A stretch of DNA of 64,000 bases, taken from NCBI GenBank assembly GCA_046292465.1, contig JBKBRB010000004.1:36329-100328 (forward strand), read 5' to 3'. The notes below the pieces were generated by a model. The model did no database searches. It was given only the letters and a program-made list of their open reading frames with translations, and was not told the origin of the DNA. The position numbers and the translations under genes are program-made. Positions 10,401-20,300 of the stretch are shown here, piece after piece; the first letter of the stretch is position 1; each line of letters begins with the position of its first letter. The DNA is from Chloroherpetonaceae bacterium (lineage in GTDB: Bacteria > Bacteroidota > Chlorobiia > Chlorobiales > Thermochlorobacteraceae).

Positions 10401-10407
10401 GTTGTGC

Positions 10408-10665
10408 TCAAAGTGCGGGCTCGATGTGAACAGACTTTTTATTGTTCTTGCCTGTCTTGAAAATCACTTTACCGTCTTTTAAGGCGAAAATGGTATGGTC
10501 TCTTCCTATGCCTGCATTTTTGCCTGCAAGGTAGACTGTGCCGCGTTGGCGCACGATAATTGAACCTGCGCTCACCATTTCGCCACCAAAAACTTTGACT
10601 CCTAAATACTTCGGGTTACTGTCGCGTCCGTTTTTAGTTGAGCCTGCGCCCTTCTTATGTGCCAT
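10408..10665 (-). CDS. rpmA: 50S ribosomal protein L27
   Basis: [16 protein letters not shown]...[10 protein letters not shown]. Confidence 0.99.
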   Translation of the reverse strand: MAHKKGAGSTKNGRDSNPKYLGVKVFGGEMVSAGSIIVRQRGTVYLAGKNAGIGRDHTIFALKDGKVIFKTGKNNKKSVHIEPAL

Positions 10666-10704
10666 TGTGAATCTCCTTTGTTATGTGGTTAAACGGTTTA
10701 GCAA

Positions 10705-11001
10705 TTATGCAATCGAGAGAATTTCAAGTTGCGTGTATCCCTGACGATGTCCCTTTGTGCGGCGATATCGTTTGCGACGTTTTTTCTTGAAGACCAACAC
10801 TTTTTCGCCTTTGACGTGTGCGAGCACTTTTGCGGTTACAGCGGCTTTGGGCGAAAGGGTTGTCGTTGTGCCATCTGTGGTCAGAAGCACACTGTTGTAA
10901 GTGAGCGTTTCGCCTTCGGCGGCTTTTTGCGTTGGGACGAAGATAGTGTCGCCCGCACTGACGAGGAACTGTTTGTCGGAAATTTCTACAAGAGCCTTCA
11001 T
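10705..11001 (-). CDS. rplU: 50S ribosomal protein L21
   Basis: [12 protein letters not shown]...[18 protein letters not shown]; directly upstream of rpmA. Confidence 0.98.
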   Translation of the reverse strand: MKALVEISDKQFLVSAGDTIFVPTQKAAEGETLTYNSVLLTTDGTTTTLSPKAAVTAKVLAHVKGEKVLVFKKKRRKRYRRTKGHRQGYTQLEILSIA

Positions 11002-11121
11002 TTCTGTTTGGATTTCATTCGGAATTATGTGCACAAATGTGTGAGAAATTGGTGCACAAAGTTCTAAAAAAGAGCCGTAAATATACGGCGTTTCTTTGAA
11101 ATCCCAAATAGAGATAGCGCG

Positions 11122-12021
11122 TCAAGACTTTGAAGGGCTTTGTTTTTTCTGCGCCATCTTGCTTTGATACATTGCTTCGTCGGCGCGCTCAATTAAACGC
11201 TCGTATCCCGCATCACTGCTGCTGATGCCCACACTTATCAATAGTTCGAAAGGCAGTTGTTTAGAATGGTTGAACTTCGCGAGTGCTTCACGAATGCGCT
11301 TGAACGTTGTTTGGGCTTGAGAGAAACCGGTTTCAGGCATGACGACGACAAATTCATCTCCGCCGAATCGCCCAATCAAGTCAGAATTACGCAGTTGAGA
11401 CTTGAGCAATTTGCTTAACGCAATTAAGGCGTCATCGCCGACTTTGTGCCCGAAGGTGTCGTTGATACGCTTGAAGTCGTCAAGGTCAATCATCGCCACA
11501 GAAAGCGGACGCTTATAGCGGCGCGCACTGGAAAGTTCATATTCGTAAAGTTCAGTGAATCGATGGCGGTTGAGCGTGCCTGTCAAGAAGTCGCGATTGG
11601 CGCGCTCTTCAAGCCGCTTTTGAAATTTGGTGTTCATCACTTCAATCTTGTGCACCTCTATGACTTCTGACACCGTTCTGACCAGCCTTTCATCGGTCAT
11701 TTCGTCTTTGATGATGCAATCCTTGACACCATTTTTCATTGAGGCGATAATCAAGTTTTCACTTCCACGTTCGCAGAGCAACACAATTGGAATTGGGCTT
11801 GCCATTCGTGAAACATGGCTAAGAAAATGGGTAATTTCATTCAAGGCTTTCGTGAAGTTTATGACTATGCTACTGAATCGACTTGTGTTTGCAAGCAGCA
11901 TTTCATAACCTTGCTCGCAGGTTGACACAGCAGTTACTGTGAATCGTCCATAGTTCATAAGCACCATGCGCAATAACCTTGTTTGCGCTTCGTCGGCAGA
12001 AAGAAGCAAGAGATTTTGCAT
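11122..12021 (-). CDS. Diguanylate cyclase with N-terminal (pseudo)receiver domain
   Basis: 'DFLTGTLNR', 'IDLDDFKRINDTFGH', intact GGDEF, RNSD I-site; REC-like N-terminus lacks the acceptor Asp. Confidence 0.9.
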   Translation of the reverse strand: MQNLLLLSADEAQTRLLRMVLMNYGRFTVTAVSTCEQGYEMLLANTSRFSSIVINFTKALNEITHFLSHVSRMASPIPIVLLCERGSENLIIASMKNGVKDCIIKDEMTDERLVRTVSEVIEVHKIEVMNTKFQKRLEERANRDFLTGTLNRHRFTELYEYELSSARRYKRPLSVAMIDLDDFKRINDTFGHKVGDDALIALSKLLKSQLRNSDLIGRFGGDEFVVVMPETGFSQAQTTFKRIREALAKFNHSKQLPFELLISVGISSSDAGYERLIERADEAMYQSKMAQKKQSPSKS

Positions 12022-12117
12022 GGCATTTTGATAAGATGATTTTAGAAAACTGGGTGCGAGGAACGGTAAGATAACAAACGATTCGCATTTGTTGCGTTCA
12101 AACTATGGAACATTTTT

Positions 12118-12141
12118 ACCTGTTAAGAAAATTTAACAGGT
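12118..12141. promoter_or_regulatory. Perfect inverted repeat, candidate transcription-factor operator
   Basis: ACCTGTTAA-GAAAAT-TTAACAGGT in the divergent GGDEF/exbB intergenic region. Confidence 0.55.
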
Positions 12142-12370
12142 TTGTTTCCCAAACATATTTTAACTTTTGCCGAGTGAGCTTTGTAGGAGGAGTGTGATTT
12201 GTAGGAGTTTTGTGCTGCAAGCGAGCATTTTTGTTTATTAGAATTTTTCTTATACTTCAAATCGTATCTCAAAAGCCTTACGTGTTGCGCAAGCAAGTTG
12301 TAATCAGGTCTAAATCAGTTTAGTCATCAAAGTTTTTTTCTATTAACACAAACAACAATTACTCACGGTT

Positions 12371-13129
12371 ATGAAGCAAAATGCATTCACAGCGGTTCTT
12401 ATTACGATTGCCGCTAGCGTCTCGTTCTCGTTCTACTTTTTCTACATGGGCAATCAGCCCAAAGAATCAATCTGGCACGCGATGTATGAAGGCGGACCGT
12501 TCGTTGCCGTGCTTATTACTTTGATTATCATGGTTTTTGCCTACATCATTGAGCGCACGATTGCATTGGGGAAAGCGTCGGGCAAATCGACGATGACCGA
12601 TTTTGTCAAGAGCGTCAAAGAAGAAATTGAAACCGGGCGGATTGATAGCGCGATTGAAAAATGCGACCAGCACCAAAGTTCATTGGCGGCTGTAATTCGC
12701 GCTGGTTTGGAGAAACACAAAGAACTTATTGCTAAAAATGTAACTGACCCAGACAAGAAAATCAGCAGTCTGCAAAAGGCTATGGAAGAAGCCACACAAA
12801 TGGAAATGCCTCTTTTGGAGCGCAACTTGGTCGCCATTTCAACGATTGCCTCGATTTCAACAATGGTGGGATTGCTCGGCACAACGATTGGTATGATTCG
12901 CGCCTTTTCAGCGCTTGCTACAGGCGGCGCGCCTGACGCTGTTGGACTTTCACGCGGTATCTCTGAAGCCCTTTACAACACGGCGGGAGGCATTTTTGGC
13001 GGTATCGTCGCTATCGTCGCTTACAACTACTTCACCACGCGCATTGACGGCTTCACACACATGATTGACGAAGCGGCGTTTTACATTGTGCAAACTCTGG
13101 CGACTCGTGACGAAAAAGTGAGCGCATAA
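12371..13129 (+). CDS. exbB: MotA/TolQ/ExbB proton channel
   Basis: 'TMVGLLGTTIGMIRAF', 'GISEALYNTAGG'. Confidence 0.93.
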   Translation: MKQNAFTAVLITIAASVSFSFYFFYMGNQPKESIWHAMYEGGPFVAVLITLIIMVFAYIIERTIALGKASGKSTMTDFVKSVKEEIETGRIDSAIEKCDQHQSSLAAVIRAGLEKHKELIAKNVTDPDKKISSLQKAMEEATQMEMPLLERNLVAISTIASISTMVGLLGTTIGMIRAFSALATGGAPDAVGLSRGISEALYNTAGGIFGGIVAIVAYNYFTTRIDGFTHMIDEAAFYIVQTLATRDEKVSA

Positions 13130-13177
13130 GGCTTAATCACGGCTTTTGATACTGACAACCCAAAATTGGATTAAGCA

Positions 13178-13717
13178 ATGCCGAAAATTAAAACCAAACG
13201 TGTCGGATTCAAGCTTGATATGACCCCAATGGTCGATGTTGCTTTCTTGCTTCTCACGTTTTTTATGCTTACAACACAGTTTAGGCCACCAGAGCCCACT
13301 CCAATCGACTTGCCATCGTCAAATGCAACAGTGCCGTTACCTGATACGGATATCTTGATGGTGCAAATTGGCAAGAGCGACGAACTCTTTTTGGGCGTCG
13401 ACTCACAGCCTGCACGCGAGCGCATCTTTGAAAGCACCATTCGCAAGCAACTTCAAGAAGCCGGATACCCAGCCATTGAAGATTCGCTTCGCAAGTTTAA
13501 GCTTGCCGACGCCTTTGCAGTAAACAAAGAAAATCTCGAAAAAATGATTATCGCCGCTCGCTTTGCCAACCCGAAAGTTCGTCCGGTGATTAAAGCCGAT
13601 GTAAATTCCAGCTACGAGATGGTCGACTTCGTGATGAAGACCTTTAAGAGAACCAACATGCCAACCTTCAATCTAATTACAGGCCTTGAAGGCGGATTGG
13701 GCGATTCTAACAAATAA
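13178..13717 (+). CDS. exbD: ExbD/TolR biopolymer transport protein
   Basis: 'DMTPMVDVAFLLLTFFMLTT' TM motif. Confidence 0.92.
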   Translation: MPKIKTKRVGFKLDMTPMVDVAFLLLTFFMLTTQFRPPEPTPIDLPSSNATVPLPDTDILMVQIGKSDELFLGVDSQPARERIFESTIRKQLQEAGYPAIEDSLRKFKLADAFAVNKENLEKMIIAARFANPKVRPVIKADVNSSYEMVDFVMKTFKRTNMPTFNLITGLEGGLGDSNK

Positions 13718-13729
13718 CCGAAGAACACT

Positions 13730-14329
13730 ATGGCTGCCGTTGATTCACCAGAACCTAAAAAAAGTAAAAAAGGCAAAAAAGCACCGAAGCGTGTCGGCTT
13801 CAAGCTTGACATGACTCCCATGGTCGATGTCGCCTTCTTGCTTCTAACCTTTTTCATGCTTACGACTACGTTTTCCAAACCGAAAACGATGGAAATTAAC
13901 CTGCCCGCAGAAAAGAACGAGGAGACCAAAGTCGAAATTGCTGAATCTAATGTGCTTACGGTGCGTGTTATGGAAGGCGACAAAGCCTATTGGAACATCG
14001 GCTTCAAACCGCCTGAAGCTATTGAACTTTACGACACGGACGATAATGCTAAACCGTCAATTAGCGATAAGTTTCGTAAAATGCTTAGGGAAAATCGAGA
14101 CCGAATTCGCCAAGAAGTTGGTGAAGACGTGATGGTTTTGGTTTTGAAATTGGACAAGAAAGCTCGATACCGAAATCTTGTTGACATCATTGACGAGTTG
14201 AATATTGCTAATCCTCCTATCAAGCGATTTAGTATTGCTGATTTTACTGAGGCTGACGGCGAAGAAATTGCACAAATGCTTGCCGGTGGTGCACAACCTG
14301 AACCTCAACCAAAGGAGAAGAAGAAATGA
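13730..14329 (+). CDS. exbD: ExbD/TolR biopolymer transport protein (second copy)
   Basis: Same TM motif, 'YRNLVDIIDEL'. Confidence 0.92.
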   Translation: MAAVDSPEPKKSKKGKKAPKRVGFKLDMTPMVDVAFLLLTFFMLTTTFSKPKTMEINLPAEKNEETKVEIAESNVLTVRVMEGDKAYWNIGFKPPEAIELYDTDDNAKPSISDKFRKMLRENRDRIRQEVGEDVMVLVLKLDKKARYRNLVDIIDELNIANPPIKRFSIADFTEADGEEIAQMLAGGAQPEPQPKEKKK

Positions 14330-15180
14330 TAGACGAAAAAGAAGTCGTAGAAGTCGCATCGGAGCATAAGAACGGCTTTGTCAAGACGGACTATCTTGAC
14401 ACGGACAAACTGCGCCGTTTGAACTATGGTAATCTCGTGTTGCGACGAGAATATCATGTGTTCATGGCAAAGGGTGTTGGCTATGCTATCAGCATTTTTG
14501 CGACGATTTTCATCATCTATTTAAGTTGGGGCTGGATTAAGCAGCTTCTCACTGCGTCAGACGATGAAATCGTGATGGTAAAGCCACGCCAGCTTTCCAT
14601 CTCGGATTTGCAGCCGCCACCGCCGATGGACCAAACAAAACCACCACCACCACCACCGCCTGCGTTTAAGCCCCCTGCTGCGCCTGACGTTGGCGAAATC
14701 AAAAAGGTGCGCGACGAAGAAGCGCCTCGCCAAAAAACATTTGCTGACCAAGACCTTATCAAAAAAGCCACCGCAAAAGGCGCCGCTGGTGAAGGCGATA
14801 CCACAGGGCTCTCCGACCCAAACATTGGTTTCGCTGGTGGTGTAGGAAGCGGACCAATTGAACCTGCAGACGACGCGGGAGATCCACCAGACTTTGTTGC
14901 TGTCGAAAAAGATCCCGAATTCGTTAACCGCGTTCAAGCCGTCTATCCAGAAATGGCAAGAAAAGCCGGCATTGAGGGAAAGGTCATTGTCAAAGTGCTT
15001 GTTGGGAAAAATGGGAAACCTGAAAAAGCACAAATTATTAAAAATCCAGGCACCGATATTTTTGACGAATCCGTTATCAACGCCGTGATGAGTTCAACTT
15101 ACACGCCTGCCATTCAAAACGGGCGACCTGTGAAAGTATGGCTGATGGTACCGTTTAGTTTCAAGCTCAATACACGCTAA
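14326..15180 (+). CDS. tonB: Energy transducer TonB
   Basis: N-terminal TM, Pro-rich linker, 'YPEMARKAGIEGKV...PAIQNGRPVKV' TonB_C. Confidence 0.92.
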   Translation: MIDEKEVVEVASEHKNGFVKTDYLDTDKLRRLNYGNLVLRREYHVFMAKGVGYAISIFATIFIIYLSWGWIKQLLTASDDEIVMVKPRQLSISDLQPPPPMDQTKPPPPPPPAFKPPAAPDVGEIKKVRDEEAPRQKTFADQDLIKKATAKGAAGEGDTTGLSDPNIGFAGGVGSGPIEPADDAGDPPDFVAVEKDPEFVNRVQAVYPEMARKAGIEGKVIVKVLVGKNGKPEKAQIIKNPGTDIFDESVINAVMSSTYTPAIQNGRPVKVWLMVPFSFKLNTR

Positions 15181-15200
15181 TTTCCAGACCAGCAAATTCT

Positions 15201-15229
15201 GCCGACGCTTTTCCAACGTCGGCTTTTTT
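15201..15229 (+). terminator. Intrinsic terminator after tonB
   Basis: gccgacg...cgtcggc stem followed by a T tract. Confidence 0.8.
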
Positions 15230-15274
15230 ATTCGAGATATTCATCTGTTTTCGTCAATCAAATTTACCGCAACT

Positions 15275-15658
15275 ATGAACAGCAGCGAATTTCATCAGAA
15301 TGGGTCAGGAAAAAATGAAGATGACGACTTTAACGTGCGCCAAACCGACGAAATCCTGCGCCACATTCAACGCACGCGAAAGCCTGTGCGAAAAAAAACG
15401 TCGCGCGGCATGTGGTTCGGCTTAACAACCAACGAGGTGATTGGTTACAGCGTGATGCTCATGTTTTTTGTTTTGGGCGGAATGGTCTATCTCGGTGCAC
15501 TTGTGCCGCAGTGGGCAACAACCGAGTATCGCAATGTCTTAATGAGCGTGATGTTTCTCTATGGAATTTATCGTGGCGTTACAACCTACGCCAAAGCCAA
15601 TCAATGGCGTCGCCGACAAGCCTTTGAAGAGCAACAAGAAAGAGATGAGAACATGTAA
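15275..15658 (+). CDS. Hypothetical membrane protein (2 TM)
   Basis: ATG ORF, two hydrophobic helices, charged termini. Confidence 0.7.
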   Translation: MNSSEFHQNGSGKNEDDDFNVRQTDEILRHIQRTRKPVRKKTSRGMWFGLTTNEVIGYSVMLMFFVLGGMVYLGALVPQWATTEYRNVLMSVMFLYGIYRGVTTYAKANQWRRRQAFEEQQERDENM

Positions 15659-15665
15659 CTATGGT

Positions 15666-16373
15666 TTACTTTTCATACATTGAACTTCCTTCTTGAATAG
15701 ATTCAATCAACCGTGCGAATTTCACCCACCCAAGCGTGCCAATTGCTTTTACACTCGCCGTTGGCAGTGGATTATCTAACTCTATGACCATGCTTGCCAT
15801 CGGCGGCTTTTGATTTCTGTTGCGCGAGACAAACATCTGGGCAATGTTCACCTTGCTTTCGGCAATAATTGCACTGATGTGCTGAATGCTTCCGGGAATA
15901 TCTTCCGCAATCACAACGAGCGTGTCAAGTTGCGCCGTAAATTCTACCGCAAAGCCCTCGATTTCCTCGATTTTAATCCTTCCACCACCGAGCGACGCAC
16001 CCACGATTTCAATTTTATTGGTCTCTCCAAACAGTTGCAGACGTGCGGCGTTGGAGTGAAACCGCTCGGCATCGCCTTGAAACTTAAACTGCCAGTGCAG
16101 TCCATTTGCGCGCGCAATGTCAAAGGCATCTTTAATGCGCTCGTCGTCAGGAGCAAAACCTAAAATGCCGCCAATAATCGCACAATCTGTGCCGTGCCCT
16201 TTGTGCGTTCGGGCAAACGAATTGTAAAGTGTAATGACGGCGCGACGTGGCGCTTCTCCCAACAGCCGACGCGCAATAAATCCGATTCGACTTGCGCCCG
16301 CTGTGTGAGAACTCGACGGTCCAATCATAATTGGACCTAAAATGTCAAATAAACTCGGTTCAGGTGTGTTCAT
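15666..16373 (-). CDS. sdaAB: L-serine dehydratase, Fe-S dependent, beta subunit (with ACT domain)
   Basis: 'FDILGPIMIGPSSSHTAGA', 'HKGHGTD', 'GASLGGG', C-terminal ACT. Confidence 0.93.
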   Translation of the reverse strand: MNTPEPSLFDILGPIMIGPSSSHTAGASRIGFIARRLLGEAPRRAVITLYNSFARTHKGHGTDCAIIGGILGFAPDDERIKDAFDIARANGLHWQFKFQGDAERFHSNAARLQLFGETNKIEIVGASLGGGRIKIEEIEGFAVEFTAQLDTLVVIAEDIPGSIQHISAIIAESKVNIAQMFVSRNRNQKPPMASMVIELDNPLPTASVKAIGTLGWVKFARLIESIQEGSSMYEK

Positions 16374-16567
16374 TGTGATTGAAGTTTTCGGCAAGTTATA
16401 CCAAAATCACTTTGATTTTTTACACTTTGTTTTTAACAAACAAGCCTTTTGATTACCCGCTTCGCTCGCAATGAGCATCGTTCATCAGGCAAGGTGTTCA
16501 TCTTTGCAAATCGTGCAAATCGATTTTCTTCGTAACTTGCGTGCCTTTCAAACCATCAATAAAAATT

Positions 16568-17383
16568 ATGAAGTTATTTTCACTCGAGGGGAAAATTGCT
16601 GTTGTTACAGGCGCGCTGGGCTTAATTGGTAAGCAACATTGCTATGCGCTCGCTGAGGCAGGTGCAAATGTTGTGGTAACCGACATCCATCAAGAAAAAT
16701 GTGCCGCGTTTGCCGATGAACTCTCAAAGCAGTTTCAGCGCAAGATGCTGGGCGTTGCGGCGGATATTACAAAACCCGATTCGGTCAAATCCTTACGCGA
16801 TGCAATTTTGAGCGCATTTGGAAAACTTGATGTGCTTGTTAATAACGCCGCTATCAACGATATGTTTGAAAATCCGACAGCCGCCGCCGAACGCTCAAAG
16901 TTTGAGAATTATCCGCTCGACCTTTGGCAGAAGTCGCTCGATGTGAATGTTACGGGCGTTTTTTTGTGCTCGCAAATTCTCGGTGCGGAAATGGCGAAGC
17001 GTGGTTCGGGAAGCATTATCAATGTGGCGTCGACCTACGGCATTGTCGCGCCTGACCAATCGATTTACAAAAAAGAAGATGGCACGCAGACGTTTTGGAA
17101 GTCAGCGGCGTATCCTGCAACCAAAGGTGCCGTGATTTCCTTCACGCGATTCCTTGCGGCATATTGGGGCAACAAAGGCGTGCGCGTCAATACGCTTTCG
17201 CCCGGCGGCGTCGAGAACGCACAAGATGATTACTTCGTGAAAAATTATTCCGCCAAAACGATGCTCGGCAGAATGGCTTCGCCGACCGACTACAAGGGGG
17301 CAATCGTTTTTCTTGCTTCTGATGCTTCGGCGTATATGACAGGCGCAAATCTCGTCGTCGATGGCGGCTGGACGGCTTGGTAA
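16568..17383 (+). CDS. Short-chain dehydrogenase/reductase
   Basis: TGALGLIG, NNA, YPATK catalytic motif, 'TGANLVVDGG'. Confidence 0.93.
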   Translation: MKLFSLEGKIAVVTGALGLIGKQHCYALAEAGANVVVTDIHQEKCAAFADELSKQFQRKMLGVAADITKPDSVKSLRDAILSAFGKLDVLVNNAAINDMFENPTAAAERSKFENYPLDLWQKSLDVNVTGVFLCSQILGAEMAKRGSGSIINVASTYGIVAPDQSIYKKEDGTQTFWKSAAYPATKGAVISFTRFLAAYWGNKGVRVNTLSPGGVENAQDDYFVKNYSAKTMLGRMASPTDYKGAIVFLASDASAYMTGANLVVDGGWTAW

Positions 17384-17399
17384 CACAAGACTTATCACG

Positions 17400-17924
17400 A
17401 TGCAGATAAACTCTACGCTTCAGGCACTCTCGTTTCGTAACGCAACGGCGAACGATATTCCACTGATTCAACGCCTTGCGCGCCAAATTTGGCATGCGCA
17501 TTATCCAAGCATTATCTCTGTTGAACAAATTGAGTATATGTTGCCACGAATGTATGGCGACGACATCATCGCGCAAGAACTTTCCGACACGACCGTGCGC
17601 TACGAACTGCTTTTTTGGGATACCGAGCCAATCGGCTATGCGTCGTATCGCTTCGAACTGCCGAGCGTATTTCTTTCAAAACTTTATCTCAATCCTGATT
17701 TGCACGGCAAGGGAATTGGTCGCGCCGCGCTTATGCACCTTGAAGACGCCGCACGCGAACAAGGCGCGACTTCAATTTACCTTTTCGTCAACAAGCGCAA
17801 TGAAAAAGCCATTCGAGCTTATTTGCGTTTTGGATTCACCATTGAGCAGGAGGTCGTCAAAGACATTGGCGGCGGGTTTGTGATGGACGATTACAAAATG
17901 CGAAAACATCTTCTTTATGGCTGA
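17400..17924 (+). CDS. GNAT family N-acetyltransferase
   Basis: 'LSKLYL...HGKGIG', 'VNKRNEKAIRAY...GF', 'DIGGGFVMDDY'. Confidence 0.9.
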   Translation: MQINSTLQALSFRNATANDIPLIQRLARQIWHAHYPSIISVEQIEYMLPRMYGDDIIAQELSDTTVRYELLFWDTEPIGYASYRFELPSVFLSKLYLNPDLHGKGIGRAALMHLEDAAREQGATSIYLFVNKRNEKAIRAYLRFGFTIEQEVVKDIGGGFVMDDYKMRKHLLYG

Positions 17925-18885
17925 ATTGTTCATACAAGAAAACTTACAAACTGAAACGATTGCGTCGCCAATAGACGAAAGCGAGCGGCTTGTGCCGTTT
18001 CTTCGCTTGCCTGACCGATTTAACTTATCGCAAGGCGATGTGTGGCAGTTGGTTCGCGCTGAGCCTTCGGGACTTATTTTTCTCAATCCGCGTCCGACCG
18101 CTGAAACGATAGGCACATACTACGAGCCAATGGATTATGACCCCTTCATTTCGCTCAAACAAACGCCTTCGTTTCAAGACCGACTTTACACTTTTTTGCG
18201 CCGATTCATCACGCTTCGCTACAAAGCCACATCAGTTTTGAAGCGTGCCAAGTTCCAACGCGGCGAGCGATACAAAGCATTGGATATTGGCTGTGCGACA
18301 GGCGATTTTTCCTGTGAACTCAAACGCCATGCAAAAGACGTGAAGTTGGATTTATACGGAATTGAAATATCGGAAAAAGCCGTCCGATTTGCGCAAGAAG
18401 AACATGACCTTTACGCCAAGCAAGGCGAATTGCTGACGGTTGACTTCGGCATCGAGTTTGATTTAATCACCATGTGGCATGTGTTGGAACACGTCTTGCG
18501 TTTGAACGAAACGCTGGAAAAATTGTATCGCATCTTGAAGCCAAACGGGTTACTCGTGGTCGCTATGCCGAATCCTGACAGTTGGGACGCACGGCACTAC
18601 GGCAAGTATTGGAACGGCTTCGATGCGCCGCGCCACCTTTATCACTTCACGCCGAAAGTATTTTCACAGTTGCTTTTGAAACATCATTTCAAACTTGTTG
18701 ATATGCACGCGCTTCCGCTTGATTGTTATTACAACGCGCTTTTGTCGGAAAAAATCGTGGCAGAAGCGAAAGGAAATTCGCGCGGATTGACGCTGTGGCT
18801 GAACGCGGTAATGAAAGGCTCAATCGCCGCGAGTGCCGATGTGGAAACAGCGTCGAGCGTGGTGTATTACATACGCAAAATTTGA
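17917..18885 (+). CDS. Class I SAM-dependent methyltransferase
   Basis: 'LDIGCATG', 'FDLITMWHVLEH', 'DAPRHLYHF'. Confidence 0.9.
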   Translation: MAELFIQENLQTETIASPIDESERLVPFLRLPDRFNLSQGDVWQLVRAEPSGLIFLNPRPTAETIGTYYEPMDYDPFISLKQTPSFQDRLYTFLRRFITLRYKATSVLKRAKFQRGERYKALDIGCATGDFSCELKRHAKDVKLDLYGIEISEKAVRFAQEEHDLYAKQGELLTVDFGIEFDLITMWHVLEHVLRLNETLEKLYRILKPNGLLVVAMPNPDSWDARHYGKYWNGFDAPRHLYHFTPKVFSQLLLKHHFKLVDMHALPLDCYYNALLSEKIVAEAKGNSRGLTLWLNAVMKGSIAASADVETASSVVYYIRKI

Positions 18886-18920
18886 ACCTAACAGTTTTCA
18901 ACGCAATATTCAGCCAAACC

Positions 18921-20186
18921 ATGAAAGCAGAAATTCTTTGTATCGGCGATGAACTGCTCATCGGGCAAGTGGTTAATACCAACGCTACAGAAATCGCAAA
19001 GCAACTTGAAGAAATTGGCATTGAAGTTCGACGCATTGTGTCGGCAGGCGATAGGAAAGAAATCATTCAAGCTGAACTTGCCAATGCTTTGGCGGAAGTT
19101 GATGTTGTCATCATCACAGGTGGCTTAGGTCCGACAAACGATGATGTAACGAAAATCGCCGTCGCTGAATTTTTCGGACGTGGCTTAGCGTGGAACGAAG
19201 AGGCTTTTCAAAATTGCAAGTATTTATTTGAGCGGCGTGGACTCAAAATGCCTGAAGCCAGCCGTTCCCAAGGCGAAGTGATTGAAGGGTGCATCGTTGT
19301 GCAAAACTCCCAAGGCACAGCACCGGGCATGATTCTCAAAGACTTGGACGGCTACGAAGGAAAAATCGTTATTCTTATGCCTGGCGTGCCTTACGAAATG
19401 GACGCTATGTTGAGAAAAGATATCATCCCATTTCTCGCGCCGCTCTCGGATACATTTGTCAAGCATAGCGTGATTATGACGGCGGGCATTGGTGAATCTC
19501 ACTTGGCTGAACTGATTGGCAACGAACAAGAGTTTTTAACGCCGAACTCTACGCTTGCGTATTTGCCGCATACGATGGGCGTGCGTTTGCGCGTTACCAC
19601 ACGTGGCACTCATCGCACAAGCGTGCTTGAAGAAAATGAACGCATTGTGAACACGATTGTCTCGCGCATTAAATCGTTCGTGTTTGCGCAAGGCGATATG
19701 ATGCTCGAGGAAATCGTTGGCAAAATGCTTTCAGAGCGAAAGATGGTTTTGGCAACAGCGGAAAGTTGCACAGGCGGGCAAATCGCCAACCGCATCACGA
19801 ACATTTCAGGCTCATCGGCATACTTCTCCCAAAGTTATGTTGTCTATAACAATGAGGCTAAAATTCGAACGCTGGGCGTGAAGTCTGAAACGCTCGAAGC
19901 CTTTGGCGCAGTGAGCGAAGAAGTCGCGCTCGAAATGCTCGAGGGCTGTTTGAACGCCTCAGGCGCAGATATTGCTGTGGCGACAACTGGTATTGCAGGA
20001 CCGACCGGCGGCACAGAAACAAAGCCCGTCGGAATGGTGTGTATTGCGGTTGGCACAAACGAAAAATTCGGACGAGTTCGCCGTGCCAAAACCTACATTT
20101 TTTCCGAAGACCGGTTGCGAAATAAAGAACTTTTCACCCAGTCGGCATTGAATCTTGTTCGCATCCTGCTCACTGAATTAGATTGA
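18921..20186 (+). CDS. cinA: Competence/damage-inducible protein CinA (MoCF domain + NMN deamidase)
   Basis: 'IGDELLIGQVVNTNA', 'GGLGPTNDD', 'AESCTGG', 'TGIAGPTGG'. Confidence 0.95.
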   Translation: MKAEILCIGDELLIGQVVNTNATEIAKQLEEIGIEVRRIVSAGDRKEIIQAELANALAEVDVVIITGGLGPTNDDVTKIAVAEFFGRGLAWNEEAFQNCKYLFERRGLKMPEASRSQGEVIEGCIVVQNSQGTAPGMILKDLDGYEGKIVILMPGVPYEMDAMLRKDIIPFLAPLSDTFVKHSVIMTAGIGESHLAELIGNEQEFLTPNSTLAYLPHTMGVRLRVTTRGTHRTSVLEENERIVNTIVSRIKSFVFAQGDMMLEEIVGKMLSERKMVLATAESCTGGQIANRITNISGSSAYFSQSYVVYNNEAKIRTLGVKSETLEAFGAVSEEVALEMLEGCLNASGADIAVATTGIAGPTGGTETKPVGMVCIAVGTNEKFGRVRRAKTYIFSEDRLRNKELFTQSALNLVRILLTELD

Positions 20187-20300
20187 GCGATAAATCGTCC
20201 AAAACGACCATTTTGATTGACGAAAACGACGGCATGGCACACCAAAAAGCCATAACTTCTTTTAGATGTTTTTCAGAAGTAATCAAAAGGAGTAAGCCAC

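Noticed and set aside
16451..16476. REP-like element remnant (gattacccgcttcgctcgcaatga)
   Set aside because: Single degenerate copy with no partner repeat or transposase; unsupported
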